A DNA stretch of 64,000 nucleotides from an uncultured Candidatus Entotheonella sp. (GTDB lineage: Bacteria; Tectomicrobia; Entotheonellia; Entotheonellales; Entotheonellaceae): NCBI GenBank assembly GCA_965215335.1, contig CBDCDA010000001.1:1760001-1824000 (forward strand). Reading direction: 5' to 3'. Positions 40,520-51,238 of the stretch are shown piece by piece. Within the stretch, counting starts at the first letter, position 1. Each line of letters opens with the position of its first letter. A model generated the notes under the pieces. That model made no database searches, was not told the DNA's origin, and saw nothing but the letters and a program-made list of their open reading frames with translations. A program made the position numbers and the translations under genes.

Positions 40520-40999
40520 ATGGCCGTGGAACGATTTCCCGTTGAGGCGGGCCACATCATGCTGTTCGCCCGCGCGATTGGCGATACCAACCAGATCTAT
40601 CACGACGCGACCTATGCCCAGGGTACGGAGCCCGGCTCTGTCATCGCGCCACCGACGTTTGTACAGGCCAGCGCGCAGTTTGATCCCGATTACCGCCTGC
40701 GGCCCAAGCCGGGCCAGCCCTGGTTCGGCTCCGGCAAGGCGCCCACCGGCGTGACGCGCAGCGAAGGCGGCGGCGGTCTGCACGCCGAGCAGCACTACAT
40801 CTATCACCGCCATCCCAGGCCGGGCGACGTGCTCACCGCCTCCCTGAAGCCCGGCAAGACGTGGGAAAAGCAAGGCCGTCGCTCGGGCAAGCTGATCTTC
40901 ACCGAATCCATCACCGAATACCGCGATCAAAACGGCGAGCTGGTTGTCACCTCGCGTGGCGTCGGCGTCGTCACCGAGCGGCCCGTCGATCAGAGCTAG
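40520..40999 (+). CDS. MaoC/hot-dog dehydratase N-terminal-type subunit
   Basis: VEAGHIMLFARAIGD, APPTF, LHAEQ. Confidence 0.85.
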   Translation: MAVERFPVEAGHIMLFARAIGDTNQIYHDATYAQGTEPGSVIAPPTFVQASAQFDPDYRLRPKPGQPWFGSGKAPTGVTRSEGGGGLHAEQHYIYHRHPRPGDVLTASLKPGKTWEKQGRRSGKLIFTESITEYRDQNGELVVTSRGVGVVTERPVDQS

Positions 41000-41008
41000 G
41001 AGAGCCCC

Positions 41009-41431
41009 ATGGCACTGTCAGCAAAAGCGCTCGAGGTCGGCGACACCCATCAGGAAATCGTCGTCGACAACCTGACCCGCACCCAGCTGGTGCAATACGC
41101 CGGTGCCTCCGGTGATTACAACCCCATCCACACCGATGAGGTGTATACCACGCAGGTGGCTGGCTATCCTTCCGTGTTTGCCCACGGCATGCTTTCCATG
41201 GGCATGACCAGCAAGATGCTGACCAACTACGTCGGCGACGGCCGTCTCGCCACCTTCGGCGTCCGCTTCACCCGTCAGGTCTGGCCCGGCGACACCCTCA
41301 CCGCCACCGCCACCGTGCAAGCCATCCGTGAAGAGAACGGCATCCATTTCGTCGACCTCGCCGTTTCCACCGTCAACCAGGACGGCGCGGAAGTGGTCAA
41401 CGGCTACGCCTCCGCTCGCATCGATGCGTGA
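41009..41431 (+). CDS. MaoC family dehydratase
   Basis: YAGASGDYNPIH..D, AHGM hydratase motif. Confidence 0.9.
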   Translation: MALSAKALEVGDTHQEIVVDNLTRTQLVQYAGASGDYNPIHTDEVYTTQVAGYPSVFAHGMLSMGMTSKMLTNYVGDGRLATFGVRFTRQVWPGDTLTATATVQAIREENGIHFVDLAVSTVNQDGAEVVNGYASARIDA

Positions 41432-41712
41432 CCGCCGCCGTGCGGGTGAAGCAGGGGCTGCCCGTCCTGTGGAGCCTCGGCAACCCGCTCTGCGGCAGCT
41501 TTGCTGGCCTGATGGTGGACGATGAGCGGGAACGCTCCGATCGGTCGGGCGGCGAACGACAGGCTCCGACTGGACAAAAGCCGATTCGCCCAAGGCAAGG
41601 CAAATTCGGGTGCAATACCGGCAACACCATGATTTTTCGGATCGGGTCGGCTCCGAAATCTACGGTGACAAGAGACGCCCTCACCATTGTTGAATCATCG
41701 GACGCCGCGGCG

Positions 41713-42621
41713 ATGCGCAACCAAGCGAAAGCGTATGCGTACGGGCTGACCACCGTGCTGCTGTGGTCCACCGTGGCGTCGGCGTTCAAACTGTCTCTGC
41801 GGTACCTGGATCATTTCCAGCTCCTGCTGTATGCGTGTGCGGTTTCGATTCTGGTGCTCAGCGTCATCCTGATCGTGCAGGGCCGGTGGCGGCTGGTGCT
41901 GTCATGCTCGGGCAGGCAATACGGGCAGTCGCTGGCGCTGGGGGTGTTGAACCCGTTCCTGTATTACCTGGTTCTCTTCAAAGCCTACGATCTGCTGCCG
42001 GCGCAGGAGGCACAGCCACTGAACCATACCTGGTCGCTGACGCTGGCCTTTCTGTCCGTGCCACTGCTGGGGCAGCGCATCCGTGTTCGGGAACTGCTGG
42101 CCGGGCTGATCAGCTACAGCGGCGTGCTGGTCATTGCGGTCCGCGGCGACGTGTCCGGTCTGCGCTTCTCGGACCCCGTCGGCGTTGCCCTGGCGCTGGG
42201 CAGCACCTTCATCTGGGCGCTGTACTGGATTTACAACACCAGGGACGAACGTGACCCGGTGGCTGCGCTGTGGCTCAATTTCGTATTCGGATTTCCGTTC
42301 GTCCTTGCTGCCTGCTGGTTGTTTTCCGACCTGCGTGTTGCCGGCCTGCAGGGCCTGTTGGGTGCCGCGTACGTGGGACTGTTCGAGATGGGCGTCACCT
42401 TCGTGTGCTGGCTGATGGCGCTCCGGCTGGCAGCCAGCACCGCGCAAGTCGGCTACCTCATCTTCATCTCGCCGTTTCTGTCCCTGGTGTTCATCAACCT
42501 GCTCGTCGGCGAGGTCATTCGTCTCGCCACGCTGGCGGGCCTGGGGCTGATCGTTGCCGGCCTTGTCGTGCAGCATACGGCAAGGCTCCGACGCTTGACG
42601 CAAGGCAAGCAGGTTGGTTAG
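41713..42621 (+). CDS. DMT/EamA family transporter
   Basis: About ten hydrophobic segments; WSTVASAFK, AQPLN. Confidence 0.88.
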   Translation: MRNQAKAYAYGLTTVLLWSTVASAFKLSLRYLDHFQLLLYACAVSILVLSVILIVQGRWRLVLSCSGRQYGQSLALGVLNPFLYYLVLFKAYDLLPAQEAQPLNHTWSLTLAFLSVPLLGQRIRVRELLAGLISYSGVLVIAVRGDVSGLRFSDPVGVALALGSTFIWALYWIYNTRDERDPVAALWLNFVFGFPFVLAACWLFSDLRVAGLQGLLGAAYVGLFEMGVTFVCWLMALRLAASTAQVGYLIFISPFLSLVFINLLVGEVIRLATLAGLGLIVAGLVVQHTARLRRLTQGKQVG

Positions 42622-42693
42622 AGTGCCTGCCTATACTCACCGGGGGTATCGCGCCGTTTCCGCCCCACTGCCTGACTTGAAGGAGCTTCATCC

Positions 42694-43944
42694 ATGTCCC
42701 TGCCTCTGCAAACGCCACCGGCCCTGGACGTCGAGGCCCTGCGGGGCGATTTTCCAATCCTCGGCCGCACCATCCACGGCCGCCCGCTGGTCTATCTCGA
42801 TAGTGCCTCCTCGTCCCAGAAACCGAAAACCGTCATCGACGCCGTCAGCCGTTACTACCAGGAATCCCACGCCAACATCCACCGTGGCGTTCATGTCTTG
42901 AGCGAAGAAGCCACCGTCGCCTATGAGCAGGCGCACGTGCGCGTTGCCGACTTCATCCATGCCGACTTCGACGAGATGATCTTCACCAAGAACACCACCG
43001 AGGCGCTCAACCTCGTGGCCTATGCCTGGGGGCTGCCCAGCCTGCAAGCCGGCGACGAAGTGGTCCTCACCCCGCTGGAGCATCACAGCAACCTGGTGCC
43101 CTGGCAGCAGGTTGCCAGGCGCGCCGGCGCCAAAATTCGCTACATTCGCCTGACCGCCGACGGCTGCCTGGACATGGGGCACGCCGCCGAGACCATCGGG
43201 CCGCGCACCAAGCTGGTCTCCGTCACCCAGGTATCGAACGTGCTGGGCACCGTCAATCCCGTCGCGGAACTCGGCCGCATGGCGCACGCCCACGGCGCCC
43301 TGCTCTGCGTCGACGGCGCCCAGAGCATCCCCCACATGGCCATCGACGTGCGCGCCATGGACTGCGACTTCTTCGCCTTTTCCGGCCACAAGATGCTCGG
43401 CCCCACCGGCATCGGTGGCCTCTATGGCAGGCGCCGCATCCTGGAAGAGCTGGAGCCGTTCCTGTTCGGCGGCGACATGATCAGCGAGGTTACCCTGGAA
43501 GGCGCAAGCTGGAACGAGCTGCCCTGGAAATTCGAGGCCGGCACGCCGCCCATCGCGCCGGGTATCGGCCTGGCGGCGGCGGTCGAATACCTGCAAGGCA
43601 TTGGCATGGAGGCGGTGCAGGCGCACGAGCACACCCTGACCCGCTACGCCCTGGAGCAATTGCGGCAGGTACGCGACCTGGACATCTACGGCCCTGATTC
43701 GGAAGCGGATCGCGGTGGCGTGATTTCTTTTAACCTCGACGGTTTGCATCCCCACGACGTCGCCTCGATTCTGGACCAACACGGCGTCGCCATTCGTGGC
43801 GGCCACCACTGCGCCATGCCGCTCATGCGTACCCTCGGGCTCAACAGCACCTGTCGGGCGAGCTTCTACGTCTACAACACCATCGAAGAGATCAACGTCC
43901 TCATCGAAGCCATCGGCGAGGCCAGGAGGTTGTTGCGGCGATGA
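42694..43944 (+). CDS. sufS: SufS-family cysteine desulfurase/selenocysteine lyase
   Basis: YLDSASSSQKP, EHHSNLVPW, SGHKMLGPTG, FEAGTP, RGGHHCA. Confidence 0.93.
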   Translation: MSLPLQTPPALDVEALRGDFPILGRTIHGRPLVYLDSASSSQKPKTVIDAVSRYYQESHANIHRGVHVLSEEATVAYEQAHVRVADFIHADFDEMIFTKNTTEALNLVAYAWGLPSLQAGDEVVLTPLEHHSNLVPWQQVARRAGAKIRYIRLTADGCLDMGHAAETIGPRTKLVSVTQVSNVLGTVNPVAELGRMAHAHGALLCVDGAQSIPHMAIDVRAMDCDFFAFSGHKMLGPTGIGGLYGRRRILEELEPFLFGGDMISEVTLEGASWNELPWKFEAGTPPIAPGIGLAAAVEYLQGIGMEAVQAHEHTLTRYALEQLRQVRDLDIYGPDSEADRGGVISFNLDGLHPHDVASILDQHGVAIRGGHHCAMPLMRTLGLNSTCRASFYVYNTIEEINVLIEAIGEARRLLRR

Positions 43945-44345
43945 GTTTCAACATGTACCAGGAGAACATCCTGGACCATTACGAAAACCCCTACAACCGC
44001 GGCTCCCTGTCGCAACCCACCCTGGAATTTCGGGACCTCAACCCGTTGTGCGGCGACGAGGTCTGCATCCAGGCCAGCCTCGACGCGCAGGGCCGCCTGG
44101 AAAAGGTGTGCTTCGAGGGCGAGGGTTGCGTCATCAGCCTGGCCGCCGCTTCCATGCTGATGGAGGCCGTGGAGGGCAAGACGCTGGCAGAAGTCAAGGA
44201 GATGGACCGGCAGGACATGCTGGACCTGGTCGGCATTTCGCTCACTACCATGCGCGTCAAGTGCGCCATGCTGCCGCTGCGCGCCCTCGGCAAGGCGATC
44301 CACCAATACGAGACGCAGGGCGAGGAGAGCCCGTCAGGCGCCTGA
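43941..44345 (+). CDS. sufU: SufU/NifU-like sulfur acceptor
   Basis: ILDHY, NPLCGD, GCVIS, RVKCA; ATGA overlap with sufS. Confidence 0.9.
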   Translation: MSFNMYQENILDHYENPYNRGSLSQPTLEFRDLNPLCGDEVCIQASLDAQGRLEKVCFEGEGCVISLAAASMLMEAVEGKTLAEVKEMDRQDMLDLVGISLTTMRVKCAMLPLRALGKAIHQYETQGEESPSGA

Positions 44346-44394
44346 GCGATCGCCGCAACCCTGCAACTTTTACTGCAGCCCGACCCGGCGGAGA

Positions 44395-44423
44395 CAGCCC
44401 AGGCACGCAGCGTGCCTGGGCTG
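44395..44423. terminator. 13-bp hairpin between convergent genes
   Basis: CAGCCCAGGCACG-CAG-CGTGCCTGGGCTG; no U-tract. Confidence 0.5.
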
Positions 44424-44434
44424 CACGGCTCCCG

Positions 44435-44866
44435 CTACGCGGGTGACATCTCCTCGGGTACCACGTCGCGGATGTGCTGGGCAAAATGCCAGCGGTGCCC
44501 TTCCAGATCTGCCACCTCGTAACGGCGGTCGCCGTAGAACTGGTCCTCGGGCGCGGCGAGGATGGCAGCGCCGGCCTGCCTGGCCTGCTCGCAGTGCCTG
44601 TCTACGTCGTCTACATAGACATACAGGTACTGGGTCACACGGCCAAGCCGTTTGGGATTGTGAAAATCCGCGCCGGGGTTCCCCATCATGATGACACCGT
44701 CGGCCAGTTCCATTTCCGCATGCACGACTTTTCCTTCCGGTCCCGGCAACCGCAGGCGTTCGTGAAAGCCAAAGGCCCTGGCAAGCCAGTCGAGAGCTCC
44801 GGCAACGTCTTCGTAGAGAAGATACGGGCTGATCCGGGGCATATTGTCCGGGGGGTTCTTGATCAT
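44435..44866 (-). CDS. VOC/glyoxalase family protein
   Basis: ISPYL, HAEM, DQFYGDR, DLEGHRW. Confidence 0.9.
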   Translation of the reverse strand: MIKNPPDNMPRISPYLLYEDVAGALDWLARAFGFHERLRLPGPEGKVVHAEMELADGVIMMGNPGADFHNPKRLGRVTQYLYVYVDDVDRHCEQARQAGAAILAAPEDQFYGDRRYEVADLEGHRWHFAQHIRDVVPEEMSPA

Positions 44867-45005
44867 GGTTGTCTCTCCTCTGGCGCCATTGCGCGTTCGC
44901 GTCATCTTCCAAACACATTCAGGACGACATGACGCTCATGATACTGCACAAATGAGCATAATACAAATAAGTACATATAAAAACGGCCCGGGCGCCGCGT
45001 AGCAA

Positions 45006-46601
45006 TCAGCCTGTACGCTCACCGCTGGAATGGGCGTGGTCGAGTCGCCGCGCCATGAGCCACAGCATCGGCAGCGCCGAGATCAAGAAACACACGCACA
45101 CGAAAAGAAAGCTGTCGCGGAAGCCGGCCGCAATCGCCTCCGTGTCGAGTCGCCGCTGGATAGCGCGCAGTGCCATGCGGTGGGTCGCCGAGCCCTCGAT
45201 GCCCTCCTGCATCAGGGTGTTCTCCAGCCGACTCAGCGTTGTCTGGTGGTCCGGCGCGCCGATGTCGTAGGTGTTGTACCCCCAAAGCTGATACCGCGCC
45301 CGCCGCTGTTCGAAAAACACGCTGGTCACGGTTACGCCCAGCGAGGCGCCGATGTTGCGAATCACCCCCAGCAGACCCTGGCCCATGCGCACCTGGCGCG
45401 TGCCGAGGATACGGACGTTGAGGGCCGTGACCGGCGTGGAAATGCACAGCATGCAGATGCGGTAGAGCATGATGTAAACGACCAATACGCCTACCGTGGT
45501 CAGCGCTGTCAGCGAGGAAAATGCGTAGAAGACGCTGGTGAGTGCCACCAGGCCGCCGAGCACCAGAAGCGACGGCGAAACCGCGTCGGTGAGCCGCCCG
45601 ATGAGGACGCCCGTCATGGCCGACACCGCAAGGGCCGGCACGATGGCCAGCCCGGCCTGCAGCGGCGTCATGCCGATCACCTGCTGCAAAAAGATCGGCA
45701 CCATGAACTGGGCGCCGAACAGCCCCAGGCTGTTAAAAAACGCCGTGGCGCAGATGAGGCCGAAGGCGGGCCGCTTGAACAGCCGCAGGTTGACCGCCGG
45801 GAAGGCCGCCAGCAGCTCGCGCAGCACGAAGCATCCACCGCCCAGCAGGGCTCCCGCCCCCAGCAAGACGAGCATGGACGTCTCTACATCCGCCCGGCGT
45901 CCCAGACTGATCAGCAGCAGCAGGGGAACCAGAAAGCCCCCGAGACTCACCAAGCCGGGGTAATCCACCGGTTCGCCCCGGGACTCCCGCTGCTGCGGCA
46001 GCATCAGCCAGCCCAGCACCGCCGCCAGCACGCCGGTGGGGATGCCCAGCAGAAACAAAACGCGCCACGAAAACTGCTCCATCAGGTAGCCGCCGGCGGT
46101 GAACGAAATGATCTGCCCGGCCGACCAGCCGATCGAACGCAGCCCCAGCGCCGTTCCCCGCTGCCGTGCCGGGAATGTCTGCACCAGGATGACCGCGGTC
46201 AGCCCCTCCATCGGTCCGGCGGCGCAGCCCTGGAGCAGCCGGCAGACGATGAGGAGCGGCAAATTCGGCGCAACGCTGCAACCCAGGCTGGCGATGACGA
46301 ACGTCACCAGCATGGCCACGAACAGGTTGCGGTTGCCCATCACGCTGCCGAGCCAGCCGAGGACCGGAGTGACCAGGGTGCGGGTAATCAGGAAGCTGGT
46401 GGTGACCCATTGGGCGGTGGCCAGGTCGGTGCCGAAGGCGGCCATGAGGCGGGGAATGGCGAGGTTGACGCTGTTGCCGGCGAATGTTTGCGTACCGCCG
46501 GCCAGCAAAACGATGCCGGCCACCAGCCACTTGTAGGAGGGCGACCGCGTGTCGAGCCCCATGACCGTAGACTGTGGCGCGGGTTGGGCACTCTCAGCCA
46601 T
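45006..46601 (-). CDS. DHA2 (EmrB/QacA-like) MFS transporter
   Basis: About 14 TM pattern; NLAIP..AQWV, RLLQG, RNIGASLG. Confidence 0.88.
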   Translation of the reverse strand: MAESAQPAPQSTVMGLDTRSPSYKWLVAGIVLLAGGTQTFAGNSVNLAIPRLMAAFGTDLATAQWVTTSFLITRTLVTPVLGWLGSVMGNRNLFVAMLVTFVIASLGCSVAPNLPLLIVCRLLQGCAAGPMEGLTAVILVQTFPARQRGTALGLRSIGWSAGQIISFTAGGYLMEQFSWRVLFLLGIPTGVLAAVLGWLMLPQQRESRGEPVDYPGLVSLGGFLVPLLLLISLGRRADVETSMLVLLGAGALLGGGCFVLRELLAAFPAVNLRLFKRPAFGLICATAFFNSLGLFGAQFMVPIFLQQVIGMTPLQAGLAIVPALAVSAMTGVLIGRLTDAVSPSLLVLGGLVALTSVFYAFSSLTALTTVGVLVVYIMLYRICMLCISTPVTALNVRILGTRQVRMGQGLLGVIRNIGASLGVTVTSVFFEQRRARYQLWGYNTYDIGAPDHQTTLSRLENTLMQEGIEGSATHRMALRAIQRRLDTEAIAAGFRDSFLFVCVCFLISALPMLWLMARRLDHAHSSGERTG

Positions 46602-46631
46602 CGGGTTCCCTGGTCGCGGTCTGGATGGCGG

Positions 46632-47408
46632 TCACGTTCCCAGAATATGATAGCCGCCATCGACGAAATGCACCGTGCCGGTCACACCGCTGGCGAGATC
46701 GCTGCACAGGTAGAGGGCCGCCTTGCCCACTTCCGCCGCGGTGACGTTGCGGCGCAGGGGCGACTTTTCGGCGTGTTGCCTGAGCATGCCGGCAAAGCCG
46801 CTGATGGCCCGCGCCGAGGCGGTGCGCACCGGTCCTGCGGAAATGGCGTTGACGCGGATGCCCAGCGGTCCCAGGTCGTTCGCCAGGTAGCGCACGCTGT
46901 TTTCCAGGGCGGCCTTTGCCAGCGCCATGACGTTGTAGTTGGGCACCACGCGCTCGCTGGCCATGTAGGTGAGGGTGAGGATGCTGCTGTCGCCGGCCGG
47001 CATCAGCGGCGCGGCGCGCTGCGCCGCGCTGACCAGCGAGTAGGCGCTGACGTCCAGGGCGGTGTGAAAGCCACCACGCGAAATGTTGCGAAACGCCCCT
47101 TGCAGATCGCCACGCTCGGCGAAGGCAATACAGTGAATCAGGTAGTTGAGGTTGCCGAATTCGTTCTTGAGGCGTTCGAACACCGCCTCGACCTGTGCGT
47201 CGTCGGTCAGCTCGCACGCCAGCGGCAGCACGCCCGGCCAGTCGCCGGTGAGTTTCAGCACCTCGTCGGCAACCCGCTCGTTCTGGTACGTGACCGCCAG
47301 TCGCACACCGTGCGCCTGCAGCAGCGAGCCAATGGCGTAGGCAATGGACCACCGGTTGGCAATACCCAGCACCAAGGCTGTCTTGCCGCTCAGGTCGAGA
47401 ACATTCAT
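46632..47408 (-). CDS. fabI: enoyl-ACP reductase
   Basis: LGIANRWSIA, YNVMALAKAALE, NAISAGPVRT. Confidence 0.95.
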   Translation of the reverse strand: MNVLDLSGKTALVLGIANRWSIAYAIGSLLQAHGVRLAVTYQNERVADEVLKLTGDWPGVLPLACELTDDAQVEAVFERLKNEFGNLNYLIHCIAFAERGDLQGAFRNISRGGFHTALDVSAYSLVSAAQRAAPLMPAGDSSILTLTYMASERVVPNYNVMALAKAALENSVRYLANDLGPLGIRVNAISAGPVRTASARAISGFAGMLRQHAEKSPLRRNVTAAEVGKAALYLCSDLASGVTGTVHFVDGGYHILGT

Positions 47409-47457
47409 GGGGAATTTTCCTTGCGTGGCGGATGGCGAAAAGCAGGCTGTCGAAGTG

Positions 47458-47486
47458 ACTATAGAGAGGAAGCTGTTGCAGGTCAA
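47458..47486 (-). promoter_or_regulatory. sigma-70 promoter for fabI
   Basis: TTGACC-N17-TATAGT. Confidence 0.72.
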
Positions 47487-47592
47487 CCACTGGCGCGCCG
47501 CCGTGTACTTGGCCGGGTACATCTGGTATACTGTCTTGTCCGAAATGCCGATAAACAACGGCTCTTCCCGCCCGACAGGAATCGGTGGATCC

Positions 47593-48318
47593 ATGCCAGC
47601 AAACCCTTACAACCAACCCATCAAGGACTGGCCGGAGGACGAACGCCCCCGCGAACGCCTGCTGCAATTCGGCGAGGCCAGTCTCTCCGAAGCCCAGCTC
47701 CTGGCCATCGTGCTGCGCACCGGCGATCCGGCCGGCAAGGCCAGCGCCGTCGACGTGGCGCGCGGTCTGCTCGACTTGTTCGACAACGATCTCTCGGCCA
47801 TGAGCAACGCCACGGTTGCCGAGTTGAGTCAGGCGGCAGGCGTCGGACCCGCCAAGGCATGCGAGATCAAAGCCGCCTTCGAGCTCGGCCGCCGCCGCCT
47901 GGAAAAGGCGGACGGCCCCTTGCAGCGCAAGCAGTTTCGCTGCAGCGAGGACGTAGCCAATTTCTACATGCCCAGATTCGCCGACAAGAAACGCGAGCAG
48001 TTTCAGGTCCTCATGCTGGACCGCAAGAACCGCTTCATGCGGGACGTGATGGTCTCGCAGGGATCACTCGACGCCAGCGTGGTGCACCCGCGCGAGGTGT
48101 TCAACACCGCCATCCGGGATTCCGCTGCCGCTATTATCTGCGTGCACAACCATCCCAGCGGCGACCCGCAGCCCAGCCCGGAGGACCGCGTCTTGACCCG
48201 GCGCCTGCTGGAAGCTGGTGAGACGATCGGCATCCCCGTGCTGGACCATATTGTTGTCGGGCGCAATTGCTACGTGAGTTTCAAGGACGAGGGGTGGCTG
48301 ACGAGTGGAGGCGGATAA
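47593..48318 (+). CDS. radC: RadC/JAB domain protein
   Basis: [29 protein letters not shown]. Confidence 0.94.
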   Translation: MPANPYNQPIKDWPEDERPRERLLQFGEASLSEAQLLAIVLRTGDPAGKASAVDVARGLLDLFDNDLSAMSNATVAELSQAAGVGPAKACEIKAAFELGRRRLEKADGPLQRKQFRCSEDVANFYMPRFADKKREQFQVLMLDRKNRFMRDVMVSQGSLDASVVHPREVFNTAIRDSAAAIICVHNHPSGDPQPSPEDRVLTRRLLEAGETIGIPVLDHIVVGRNCYVSFKDEGWLTSGGG

Positions 48319-49717
48319 GCTCCACGACGAATGTGCCGTCGTCGGTGTGTACGGCCCGGCCGAGGCCGCCAAGCTGACCTATCTGGGGCTCTACGCGCTG
48401 CAGCACCGCGGGCAGGAGAGCACCGGCATCGTCGCCTCGGACGGCGAGACCATGCAGGCCGAAGTGGGCATGGGGCGCGTCAACGACGTGTTTACCGAAG
48501 ACCGCCTGGCGCGCCTGCCAGGACGCCTGGCGATTGGCCACAACCGGTACGCCACCACCGGTGTATCCAACCTGCGCAACGCCCAGCCGCTGTTCGTCGA
48601 TTACGCCCGCGGCTCGCTGGCCATCGCCCACAACGGCAACCTCGTCAACGCTGTCCGCATGCGCACCAGGCTGGAGGCTGAGGGCTCCATCTTCCGCTCC
48701 ACCAGCGACACCGAGGTCATCCTGCACCTCATGGCGCGCTCGCACGCCGGACACCTGCTGGATAGCGCCGTCGAGGCGCTGCAGCAGGTCCAGGGCGCCT
48801 ATTCGCTGCTGGTGATGAATCCCCACGAAATCATTGCGGTGCGCGACCCGCACGGCTTCCGGCCCCTGTGCCTCGGGCGGCTGCAGGACGGCCATGTGGT
48901 GGCGTCGGAGACCTGCGCCCTCGACCTCATCGAGGCGACGTACGTGCGCGACGTGCAGCCGGGCGAACTGGTGCGCATCTCGCAGGACGGCGTGCAGTCC
49001 TACTTTCCATTCCCCACCCGGCCGTCCCAGCCTTGCGTCTTCGAGCTCATCTACTTTGCCCGCCCCGACAGCCAGGTATTCGGGCTCAACGTCTACCTCA
49101 CCCGTAAGGCGTTCGGCCGCCAACTGGCCCGCGAAGCGCCGGTCGACGCCGACGTGGTGGTCCCGGTGCCCGATTCCGGCGTGCCCGCGGCGCTCGGTTA
49201 CGCCGAGGAGACGGGCATCCCGTTTGATACCGGCCTCATCCGCAACCACTACGTGGGCCGCACGTTCATCGAGCCACAGCAGTCCATCCGGCACTTCGGC
49301 GTCAAGATCAAGCTCAATACCATCCACGGCCTGCTGGAAGACAAGCGCGTCGTCATCGTCGACGATTCGATCGTGCGCGGCACCACCAGCAAGAAGCTCG
49401 TGCACATGCTCCGACAGGCAGGCGCGAAGGAGGTGCACATGCGCATCAGCTCGCCGCCCATCACGCATCCGTGCCTCTACGGCATCGACACGCCAACGCA
49501 CGAGGAACTGATCGCCTCATCTTACTCGGTCGAGCATATCTGCGGCTATTTCCAGGCCGACAGCCTGGCCTATCTCAGCCATGAAGGCATGATGGACGTG
49601 GCGCGCCAGCAGGAGCGGGGCTATTGCAGCGCCTGCTTCACGGGCCGGTATCCCGTGCATACGCCGTGGCGGGACGACCTGCATCAGCCAGATCTATTCG
49701 ACAAGCAGGGATTCTGA
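48305..49717 (+). CDS. purF: amidophosphoribosyltransferase
   Basis: [35 protein letters not shown], Fe-S cysteines. Confidence 0.97.
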   Translation: MEADKLHDECAVVGVYGPAEAAKLTYLGLYALQHRGQESTGIVASDGETMQAEVGMGRVNDVFTEDRLARLPGRLAIGHNRYATTGVSNLRNAQPLFVDYARGSLAIAHNGNLVNAVRMRTRLEAEGSIFRSTSDTEVILHLMARSHAGHLLDSAVEALQQVQGAYSLLVMNPHEIIAVRDPHGFRPLCLGRLQDGHVVASETCALDLIEATYVRDVQPGELVRISQDGVQSYFPFPTRPSQPCVFELIYFARPDSQVFGLNVYLTRKAFGRQLAREAPVDADVVVPVPDSGVPAALGYAEETGIPFDTGLIRNHYVGRTFIEPQQSIRHFGVKIKLNTIHGLLEDKRVVIVDDSIVRGTTSKKLVHMLRQAGAKEVHMRISSPPITHPCLYGIDTPTHEELIASSYSVEHICGYFQADSLAYLSHEGMMDVARQQERGYCSACFTGRYPVHTPWRDDLHQPDLFDKQGF

Positions 49718-50092
49718 TGCTGGGGGTGGGTTGGCGGCAGGCGGTTCTGGGACGGCAAGCCGGTCGGCATGTCCCCACAAGCGTTCGAGGCCATAGAACT
49801 CTCGGGTATCGGGATCGAAAATGTGTACGACCAGATCTACGTAGTCGATCAGAATCCACGAGCCGGTTTGATACCCTTCCATGGCCCGCGGCTTCTCCCC
49901 GTTCTTCCCCAGTTGTTCCTCCACCGCGTCCGCGATGGCCTTGACCTGGCGGCCGGACCTCCCTTGGCAGATGACGAAACGGTCGGCGACGGACGAGTGC
50001 GGCGTCATGTCGAACACAACGATGTCGTCGGCCTGCCGGCTGTTGGCCGCCAGAACACAAATGCGGGTTCGTTCGTCCAGCGACAGGGCCAT
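49694..50092 (-). CDS. rsfS: ribosome silencing factor
   Basis: [19 protein letters not shown]...[10 protein letters not shown]. Confidence 0.94.
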   Translation of the reverse strand: MALSLDERTRICVLAANSRQADDIVVFDMTPHSSVADRFVICQGRSGRQVKAIADAVEEQLGKNGEKPRAMEGYQTGSWILIDYVDLVVHIFDPDTREFYGLERLWGHADRLAVPEPPAANPPPASESLLVE

Positions 50093-50101
50093 GCCGCCTC
50101 C

Positions 50102-51238
50102 TTATAGCAGTACCAGGTTGTCCCGGTGGATCACTTCGTCGTACGCCTTGGCGCCCAGGATGGGCTCGATGCGCGAGGTATGCTGGCCACGAATCGCCTG
50201 CAACTCGGCGGCGCTGTAATTCACCAGCCCTTGGGCGAACCGGTGCGCGTTGGTGTCAACGCAATAAACGGCGTCACCAAAGAAGAAGGCGCCAGAGACG
50301 GCGACGATTCCCGACGGCAGCAGGCTGCGGCCCTGGGTGGTGAGCGCCCGCTTGGCGCCGTCGTCCACGCAGATTTCGCCGCGCGCCTTCAGCGCGTAGC
50401 CGATCCAGCGTTTGCGGCTCGACAGGCGCGGCGTTCCCGGCGGCACGAGGTGGGTGCCGACGGCCTCCCCGGCCAGTACGCGCAGCACACTGTCAGGCTC
50501 GAAGCCGTTGGCGATGTGGGTGTGAATGCCGGTGGCCCCGGCCATCCTGGCGGCGCGGACCTTGGTGACCATGCCGCCCTTGCCGGTGGCGTGCGTGGCG
50601 GGGCTGGCCAGTGGCTCGATGCTGTCGATGTCCTCGACCCGCGGAATGAGCCTGGCCTCGGGGTGCAGTGCGGGGTCGGCGGTGTACAGGCCGTCGACGC
50701 TCGTCAGGATGATCAGGCGGTCGGCGTCCACGAGGTTGCACACCATGGCGGCCAGTACGTCGTTGTCGCCGAAGCGGATTTCATCCACCGACACGGTGTC
50801 GTTTTCGTTGATCACCGGAACGACGCCGTACTGTAGCAGCACGAACAGCGTGTTGCGGGCGTTGAGATAGCGTCTGCGCACGCGCAGGTCGTCGTGCGTC
50901 AGCAACACCTGCGCGGCCTTCTTGCCGAAGTCGGCGAACAGGTCTTGGTAGATGCGGACCAGGTGGCCCTGGCCGATCGCCGCGGCAGCCTGCTGGTGCG
51001 TGATCGCCTTGGGAATGCTCGCCTGCCCCAGCACCTGGATGCCGAGCGCAATGGCCCCCGATGACACCAGGATGACCTCGCGGCCCGCGTCGCGCAGGCT
51101 GACGATCTGCTTGACGATGTGCCGCACCACGTCGTCGCGCAGCCCGCCGCCGGGGTCGCGCAGCAGGCCGCTGCCCATTTTGACCACCAGGCGTTCGCCG
51201 TTTGCCATCTGGAGTTTCTCTCCGCAGCGTTGGTTCAT
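50102..51238 (-). CDS. proB: glutamate 5-kinase
   Basis: VVKMGS, VSSGA, NENDTV, FGDND, GGMVTK, PUA domain. Confidence 0.96.
   Translation of the reverse strand: MNQRCGEKLQMANGERLVVKMGSGLLRDPGGGLRDDVVRHIVKQIVSLRDAGREVILVSSGAIALGIQVLGQASIPKAITHQQAAAAIGQGHLVRIYQDLFADFGKKAAQVLLTHDDLRVRRRYLNARNTLFVLLQYGVVPVINENDTVSVDEIRFGDNDVLAAMVCNLVDADRLIILTSVDGLYTADPALHPEARLIPRVEDIDSIEPLASPATHATGKGGMVTKVRAARMAGATGIHTHIANGFEPDSVLRVLAGEAVGTHLVPPGTPRLSSRKRWIGYALKARGEICVDDGAKRALTTQGRSLLPSGIVAVSGAFFFGDAVYCVDTNAHRFAQGLVNYSAAELQAIRGQHTSRIEPILGAKAYDEVIHRDNLVLL

Noticed and set aside
41428..41712. 95-aa N-terminal extension of the DMT transporter, and a 12-mer CTCGGCAACCCG shared with 24695-24706
   Set aside because: The extension is not protein-like and ATG 41713 fits the family; one 12-mer match is plausible by chance
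45030..48221. 1063-aa plus-strand ORF, and other long antisense ORFs (12507-14528, 19057-21351, 21605-24454, 58909-60936)
   Set aside because: Shadow frames of real high-GC genes; no recognisable motifs
47593..48318. radC as a marker of a mobile element
   Set aside because: Full-length form overlapping purF in a housekeeping context; no integrase nearby
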